From positions 1 to 19,280 of the forward strand of contig JAZDJN010000068.1 in the NCBI GenBank assembly GCA_043803945.1: DNA of 19,280 nucleotides. Direction: 5' to 3'. Below the pieces are notes generated by a model. That model did no database searches. It was given only the letters and a program-made list of their open reading frames with translations, and had not been told where the DNA came from. Position 1 is the first letter of the stretch. Every line of letters begins with the position of its first letter. Source of the DNA: a bacterium (GTDB taxonomy: Bacteria; Bacteroidota; Ignavibacteria; UBA10030). The translations under genes were made by a program, and so were the position numbers. Below, piece after piece: positions 7,164-13,000 of this stretch.

Positions 7164-8357
7164 ATGAAATCTTCTATGAATGTTTTAATTGTCTGTGTGC
7201 TCTGTGTGTGTTTTCTCAGCTCAGCACACGCTCAGATAGTGACAGGTGAGAGTAATACTGGATCGCTCCGGTTCTCCGGAAAGAAACCGATAGATACGAC
7301 ACCTCCCACGATTGAGCTTCTAGAACCTATAGAAACGGTACAGCGAGGGCTCAAAATAGTGCGAGACGAGGGAGTGGTCATAAAAACAAAGAACAATCCG
7401 GTGAGGATCAAAGGTATCGCATTTGACTCAAGCGGCATAGCATCGTTGACGATTAACGAAAAGGATGTCTTGCTGAGAAAAACCATGAGTGGTTTTGAGT
7501 TTGTCGATGACGTTCTTCTAAAGTCGGGCGTGAACGAGATCGAAGTCCTGGCAACGGATCAGTATAAGAATTTCAACCGCATCGTGTTGAAGGTGCAACG
7601 AGAAACGCTTGCCGATCTCCGCCTTGGCGATAACTATGCCCTCATGTTTGCAAGTGATCGTTATAATGAGTGGCCCCCCCTGATTAATCCGATTAATGAT
7701 GCGCGGACCATCAAGAAAGAGTTAAGCGATTCTTATGGCTTTGAGTGTCCGCTGATAGAGAATCCAACGCTCGACACGGTATTTTCTACGCTGAGAGAAT
7801 ACACCAAGAAACAATTCGGCCCGAATGATCAATTGCTTATATTCATTGCAGGTCATGGGCATTTTGACGAAGATTTTAAAGAAGGATTTATTGTGACGAG
7901 CGATTCGAAGTCGAATGATCTAAGCAGGAAAACGTATATCTCCCATGAGCGTCTTCGCTCGATTATCGATGCAATCCCATGTCAGCACATCCTCCTGATC
8001 ATGGATGTCTGCTTCGGAGGAACATTCGATCGTTCTATTGCGATGGGAATAAGCAAAGGAGGGGATAATGAGTACTCAGATATCTCCGACCCCGAGTTTA
8101 TTCTCCGAAAGATGAAATATAAAACGAGGATATATTTGACATCCGGCGGGAAAAGTTATGTGCCAGATGGGCGCCCGGGTCAGCATTCGCCATTTGCGCG
8201 CAAATTCTTAGATGCCCTGCGCGGATTCGGCGGGAGAGATAAGATCCTCACACTCAAGGAGATTCTGGTTTATCTCGAGCGTGTGAATCCGGAGCCGCGG
8301 TATGGTGAGTTTGGAGGTAATGAACCTGGAAGTGATTTTCTTCTCATTGCGCGATGA
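7164..8357 (+). CDS. Caspase-like cysteine peptidase (family C14, clan CD) with an N-terminal signal peptide and an Ig-like domain.
   Basis: The signal peptide is MKSSMNVLIVCVLCVCFLSSAHA-Q. A beta-sandwich-like N-domain follows (PPTIELLEP...VRIKGIAFDSSGIASLTINEKDV...GVNEIEVLATDQ). The caspase fold begins at NYALMFASDRYNEWPPLINPINDARTI. The catalytic-dyad context is LLIFIAGHGHF (His231, nt 7854-7856) and HILLIMDVCFGGTF (Cys283, nt 8010-8012). A strong RBS (GGAGG) lies 5 nt upstream of the ATG. Confidence 0.85.
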   Translation: MKSSMNVLIVCVLCVCFLSSAHAQIVTGESNTGSLRFSGKKPIDTTPPTIELLEPIETVQRGLKIVRDEGVVIKTKNNPVRIKGIAFDSSGIASLTINEKDVLLRKTMSGFEFVDDVLLKSGVNEIEVLATDQYKNFNRIVLKVQRETLADLRLGDNYALMFASDRYNEWPPLINPINDARTIKKELSDSYGFECPLIENPTLDTVFSTLREYTKKQFGPNDQLLIFIAGHGHFDEDFKEGFIVTSDSKSNDLSRKTYISHERLRSIIDAIPCQHILLIMDVCFGGTFDRSIAMGISKGGDNEYSDISDPEFILRKMKYKTRIYLTSGGKSYVPDGRPGQHSPFARKFLDALRGFGGRDKILTLKEILVYLERVNPEPRYGEFGGNEPGSDFLLIAR

Positions 8358-8420
8358 GCCGTTCTTCAGTTCTAGAAACGTTAAGCGGCTAGCTGAAGAG
8401 GAGATCAGAGATTCAGCTGT

Positions 8421-8460
8421 AGTGGCCTTGAGATGCCTTTACTCAAAGCCTGAGGATCAG
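8421..8460 (+). repeat. Copy 1 of a short hairpin-forming direct repeat (partner at 9014-9080).
   Basis: AGTGGCCTTGAGATGCCT (18/18 identical to 9014-9031) is followed by ...CTCAAAGCCTGAGGATCAG. GGCCTTGAG (8424-8432) pairs with CTCAAAGCC (8442-8450) at 8/9 positions, with a 9-nt loop. The copy lies 64 nt after the caspase stop. Confidence 0.6.
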
Positions 8461-8473
8461 AAATTATTTGTTG

Positions 8474-8494
8474 TCTGACAGTTGCAATGTCAGA
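8474..8494 (+). terminator. Possible weak intrinsic terminator hairpin downstream of the caspase gene.
   Basis: TCTGACA-GTTGCAA-TGTCAGA forms a perfect 7-bp stem with a 7-nt loop. It is followed by the T-rich TATGATTTGTTGTT. The stem is AT-rich and there is no clean U-tract, so support is weak. Confidence 0.25.
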
Positions 8495-8702
8495 TATGAT
8501 TTGTTGTTATCTAGGCAAGATAATCTCTCTTATCGAGAATCTTCTCTCTTGCACCTTGAACATCATCCTTGAAACAAGTACTTTACCGGTGAGATATTCC
8601 CGGTGTACCAGAATTCTCGATCCTCAGAAGGTGTAGGAGAGTCTTTACGTGGGGATAAAGGCGAGAATATAAAGAATAAAAACCCTTTACAAGGAGATTT
8701 CA

Positions 8703-8900
8703 ATGACTATTCAAATTGATGATGAAAAACTTTTCGAACTTGTCAAGAAAGCTGTATCGGAAGTTATTGAGGAAAGAATTGTAGAGTTCAAATTGCAGCA
8801 TCTTCCGGTCGCCGATAATGAAGAAGTGGAAGAAATAAGAACCATCTTTGGATCCCCAGAGATTTATAGAAAGCAGAATTTTAAAAGGATCGACTCCTAA
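8703..8900 (+). CDS. Small acidic antitoxin-like protein (65 aa).
   Basis: A good RBS (AAGGAG) lies 7 nt upstream of the ATG. The helical acidic sequence is ...VIEERIVEFKLQHLPVADNEEVEEIRTIFGSPE.... Its stop is immediately followed by a RelE/ParE-like C-terminal remnant in the next frame, which is the usual antitoxin-then-toxin order. Family assignment is from memory of similar small antitoxins only. Confidence 0.55.
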   Translation: MTIQIDDEKLFELVKKAVSEVIEERIVEFKLQHLPVADNEEVEEIRTIFGSPEIYRKQNFKRIDS

Positions 8901-8901
8901 T

Positions 8902-8982
8902 GTGGAGATTGACAAGAAAGATAAGGTTATTAGAGTTCACGACATCGGGTATAGAGGAGATGTGTATAAGAAGTCTTTTTAG
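8902..8982 (+). pseudogene. C-terminal remnant of a RelE/ParE-family toxin gene (the N-terminal ~60 codons are missing).
   Basis: Frame 1 translates to VEIDKKDKVIRVHDIGYRGDVYKKSF*. This resembles the conserved C-terminus of RelE/ParE toxins (...Y.ID...K.I.IL.IGHRKDVYK). The frame opens only at 8839 (after a TAA) and contains no ATG. What remains is too short to encode a functional toxin. Confidence 0.5.
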
Positions 8983-9013
8983 CTATGGGGGGATTATTCC
9001 CGGCAGTGCAAGC

Positions 9014-9080
9014 AGTGGCCTTGAGATGCCTGCCCCAAAATGTATTTGTATGGGGTCTCTGCTCAAGGTCTGAGCATTAG
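9014..9080 (+). repeat. Copy 2 of the short hairpin-forming direct repeat (partner at 8421-8460), with an enlarged loop.
   Basis: AGTGGCCTTGAGATGCCT is at 9014-9031. GGCCTTGAG (9017-9025) pairs with CTCAAGGTC (9062-9070) at 9/9 positions including one G:U. The loop is 36 nt versus 9 nt in copy 1 and contains a 5-bp sub-hairpin CCCCA/TGGGG. The copy lies 32 nt after the stop of the toxin remnant. Confidence 0.6.
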
Positions 9081-9247
9081 ATACCGAACAGAAGCCCTCG
9101 ATAAAACCTTCGAAGGTAGACATTTCGGGAACATTGTGAGTGTTCATTATAATGAACGAGATTGTGGATGAGCTTGTCCTGTAGGTCGATGGGAAAAAGG
9201 ATGAGGCGAAGATGGGGGATATAGCTGCATGACTGTTTAGGACTTGA

Positions 9248-9607
9248 ATGAGGGATGTTATGATTCGTATACGTGTTGTGAAGCCTCTTAAAAAGTTTCG
9301 AGTTCGGTTGGAGCTGACAAACGGCAAGAATAAGATTGTGGACCTTGATCCCTATTTGCGAGGCCCCATATTTGAACCGCTTAGGTCCGACCGCAAGTTG
9401 TTCAGTACGGTCTCAGTGGATCCTGATTTAGGCACGATTGTATGGAAGAATGGAGCAGACATCGACCCTGATGTACTTATTGAGGGTTGTAAATCTGCAT
9501 GGATGGAAAAAACGAGAGAAGCACTCCCCACATCTTCTCGGTATAAAACTACCATTGAAACATTTGCTGTCAAAGAAGCAAAAAAGCTGTATAAAAGGAA
9601 AAAGTAA
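9248..9607 (+). CDS. DUF2442 domain protein.
   Basis: The sequence MIRIRVVKPLKKFRVRLELTNGKNKIVDLDPYLRGPIFEPLRSDRKLFSTVSVDPDLGTIVWKNGADIDPDVL matches the DUF2442 pattern (V..V.....L.L.F.DG....VDL......GP.F.PL.D...F..V.VD...GT..WPNGADI.PD.L). The start may instead be the ATG at 9260, which has GAGGGA just upstream. The basic C-terminal tail is not part of the domain. Confidence 0.75.
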   Translation: MRDVMIRIRVVKPLKKFRVRLELTNGKNKIVDLDPYLRGPIFEPLRSDRKLFSTVSVDPDLGTIVWKNGADIDPDVLIEGCKSAWMEKTREALPTSSRYKTTIETFAVKEAKKLYKRKK

Positions 9608-9797
9608 AAATCTAAATAAAGTGTGGACTTAGAGGACTAAATATTGTTGTGGTTCGACTGTAGACTGAGCAAGTCGATTTGACCTCGAAGGAATCGAGCG
9701 ATGCAATCCTTCATCAAGTTCTACGCTCCCGTCAAGTCATTCCGTGATGCTTTAACACGCCTGCCCGACTTGCCTGCACGCCAAGGTGGGCCTGTTA

Positions 9798-9826
9798 CTT
9801 GCCTGCCGGTAGACATGGCAGGCAGG
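9798..9826. repeat. Palindromic hairpin element in the long leader upstream of the giant gene.
   Basis: CTTGCCTGCC-GGTAGACAT-GGCAGGCAGG forms a 9/10 stem with a 9-nt loop. A partial extra copy of the arm (CTTGCCTGC) occurs at about 9769. This element generates the spurious 'LPARQGG / PAGRHGRQAG' ORF translations. Confidence 0.6.
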
Positions 9827-10036
9827 CGGGGAATCCAGATCAAAGAATTGCTCGAGCGTTCTGCTCCACATCCTTTAAAGCGAAAACATTGTTGGATAGA
9901 TTCTACCCTTTACTCTATCGCCTGTTTGTCTGTAAGGTAAAAGTTGCTGGCATTGCCATGTATGCAATATTTCCGTTCGATATACAGGATTTCTAGATAA
10001 GGATAAAGTCTATCTCTGTGGAAAGGTTGTAGCGAT

Positions 10037-13000
10037 ATGAAAAGGTATCTGCTCTCTTTCTTTCTTGGTTTCAATCTTCTCTTGTTCGCAGATTTGAATG
10101 CCCAAACCATCGTACCGCAGGTCAATGCATTTGATTCTGCAAGTCCTCAAGTAGGCTTTCCCTTTTCAGATGGATTTGAGAATGGATTGGGCAATTGGAT
10201 TGTCAGTGGATCGGATTGGGACACAACATCTGCAACGTCAAGAACTGGAAGGTATTCGATTACCGAGAGCCGGATCGGGTACTATCCTGCAAATATTATT
10301 GCAACGATTACCTTAGCCGCCCCTTTGAATTTAAGCTCAGCAATATCTCCCGTGGTGAGATTCTGGCATAAATATTCTCTCGGAAGTAATGATAATTATT
10401 ATGTTGAGGTTTCGACGAATGGTGGAACAAGCTGGACAGCACTTAGAAGTTTTTATTCTTATTCCTCAGGTGCAATCCAAAATACATGGACGCTGGAGCA
10501 ATATGATCTAAAGAACTATCGCGGAGCATCAGTGAAGGTGCGATTCCGCCTGGAGTCGGATGGTACAAACCAGAGCGATGGCTGGAATATCGATGATGTA
10601 TCCATAACCGAATTAGAGCCGTCGGGATCCATTCCCTTTTCAGATGGATTTGAAAATGGATTGAGCAAATGGATCATCAGCGGATCGGATTGGGATACGA
10701 CGTCTGTGACTTCAAGAGCAGGAAATTCTTCGATCACAGAGAGCCGCACAGGATATTACCCGGCCAATGGCAATGCAACGATTACTCTCGCCACATCATT
10801 GAATTTAAGCTCGGCAATAGCTCCCGTGCTAAGATTCTGGCATAAATATTCTCTGGGAAGCAATGATAACTACTTTGTTGAGGTTTCAACGAATGGTGGA
10901 TCAAGTTGGACAACACTAAAAAGTTTTTATCCATATTCATCAGGGGCAATCCAAAGTACGTGGACACTGGAGCAATATGATCTAAAGAACTACCGTGGAA
11001 CAACAGTTAAGGTGCGATTCAGCCTGGAGTCGGACGGAACGAATCAGAGCGATGGCTGGAATATTGATGATGTATCCATAACTGAATTAGAGGCATCTGC
11101 ATCCTTGCCATTTTCAGATGGCTTCGAGAATGGATTGAGCAATTGGTTTGTAAGCGGCTCTGATTGGGACACAACGACTGCAACCTCAAGAGCTGGTAGG
11201 AGTTCGATTACTGAGAGCCGGCTTGGATATTATCCGGCGAATGGAAATGCAGCGATTACATTGGCTGTTCCTTTGAATCTAAGTTCGGCAATATCTCCCG
11301 TGTTGAGATTCTGGCATAAATATTCTCTCGGAAGCAATGATAATTACTATGTCGAGGTTTCAACGAATGGTGGAACAAGTTGGACAGCACTCAAAAGTTT
11401 TTATCCTTACTCCTCCGGAGCAATCCAAATCATGTGGACACTGGAGCAATATGATTTAAAAAACTATCGTGGTTCAGCGGTTAAGATACGATTCCGCCTG
11501 GAGTCGGATGGAACAAACCAGAGCGATGGCTGGAATATAGATGACGTATCCATAACTGAATTGGAGACATCGGCTTCTTTGCCCTTTTCAGATGGATTCG
11601 ATAATGGCTTGAGCAAATGGCTCTTCAGCGGATCGGATTGGGACACAATATCTACGACGTCAAGGACAGGAAGGTATTCGATTAACGACAGTCGTATCGG
11701 ATATTACCCGGCGAATGGAAATGCAACAATCACACTCGCGACCCCGTTGAATTTGAGTGCATCTATATCTCCTGTATTAAGATTCTGGCACAAAGCTATG
11801 ATTAACAAATACGATTATGCCTATGTTGAATTATCAACGGATGGCGGATCGGTCTGGATAAAATTAGGTCAATACGGTTACGACTTTTACCAGAGTACCT
11901 GGAAGATGGAGCAATACGACCTACAAAACTACCGTGGACCGACGGTGAAGATACGTTTTCGATTGTATGTTGATGGGAATACATCGGTAGCTGATGGATG
12001 GTATATCGACGATGTAGAAGTGAAGGAAAATCTAGCCACACCAACGCTCTCTCTTCCATTTAAAGATGGGTTTGAGAATGGACTCACCAATTGGATAGTG
12101 AGTGGATCGGATTGGGACACCACGTCTTCGACCTCAAGAACTGGAAGATCTTCGCTCACAGACAGCCGGATAGGATCTTACCCGATGAATGGAAATGCGA
12201 CTGTTACATTGGCAACTCCATTGAATTTGAGCTCTGCAGTATCTCCTTTGCTAAGCTTTTGGCACAAGGCGATGATCAATGATTATGATTACATGTATGT
12301 GGAAATATCAACGGACGGCGGATCCGTCTGGACAAAATTAGGTCAATACGGTTACGATTTTTACCAGAGCACCTGGACGATGGAACAATTCGATCTCCAA
12401 AATTACCGTGGATCGACAGTGAAGATACGGTTTCGATTGTATGCTGATGAGAACACCTCGGTTGCTGATGGATGGTATATTGACGATGTAGAAGTGAAGG
12501 AGAGAACAACGGCGCCAATGGTATCTCTTCCATTCATTGATGGTTTTGAAAATGGATTAAGTAACTGGATAATCAGCGGGTCGGATTGGGACACGACATC
12601 ACAAAATTATCGAACGGGACAATATGCAATTACGGAAAGTCGGCTTGGGAATTATCCCGATTATTCAAACGCATCAATCACACTCGCAGGATCATTAAAT
12701 TTAACATCAGCACTCTCTCCCGTTATACGATTCTGGCATAAGTACGCTACGGCTACCTATGAGAACTCTTATGTCGAGGTTTCTACGAACAACGGGAGCA
12801 ACTGGACTACTATTAAAACAATTAGCTATGGCACACAAAGCACATGGAAAATGGAGGAAATCAGTTTAAATAGTTATCGCGGTGGGACTATAAAAGTACG
12901 GTTCAGATTTAAATCTGACGACTCAAACAACAATGATGGTTGGTATATCGATGATGTACTCATCGCTGACTCTCCCTTGATCAAAGTTCTTTCACCGAAT

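Noticed and set aside
7674-7680. A poly-C tract (C7) inside the caspase gene as a possible slipped-strand phase-variation switch.
   Set aside because: Seven residues is short for a contingency locus. The tract simply encodes Trp-Pro-Pro-Leu within the conserved caspase N-terminal strand region. There is no evidence of length heterogeneity in a single sequence.
8302-8478. A 58-aa ORF overlapping the caspase gene end and running through repeat copy 1 (…AVVALRCLYSKPEDQKLFVV*).
   Set aside because: It overlaps the 3' end of a well-supported gene out of frame, has no RBS and has no recognisable motif. Its conserved-looking part is explained by the DNA-level hairpin repeat.
8983-9327. The minus-strand 114-aa ORF, and a possible degraded DUF4160 gene on the + strand upstream of DUF2442.
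   Set aside because: The minus ORF is low-complexity, overlaps the DUF2442 start and contains the hairpin repeat. On the + strand, one frame reads FEGRHFGNIVSVHYNERD (about 9107-9160). This only faintly resembles the DUF4160 N-terminus (F.G..I..Y.N.H.PPH). It lacks the PPH motif and is interrupted by stops in every frame, so it is too weak to call without a frameshift-aware profile search.
9701-10125. ORFs 9701..9940(+), 9799..9996(+) and 9910..10125(-) in the leader of the giant gene.
   Set aside because: The + strand ORFs read through the GC-rich palindrome (LPARQGG, PAGRHGRQAG), which is typical of repeat translations. The minus ORF overlaps the start of the giant gene. No motifs or RBS support any of them.
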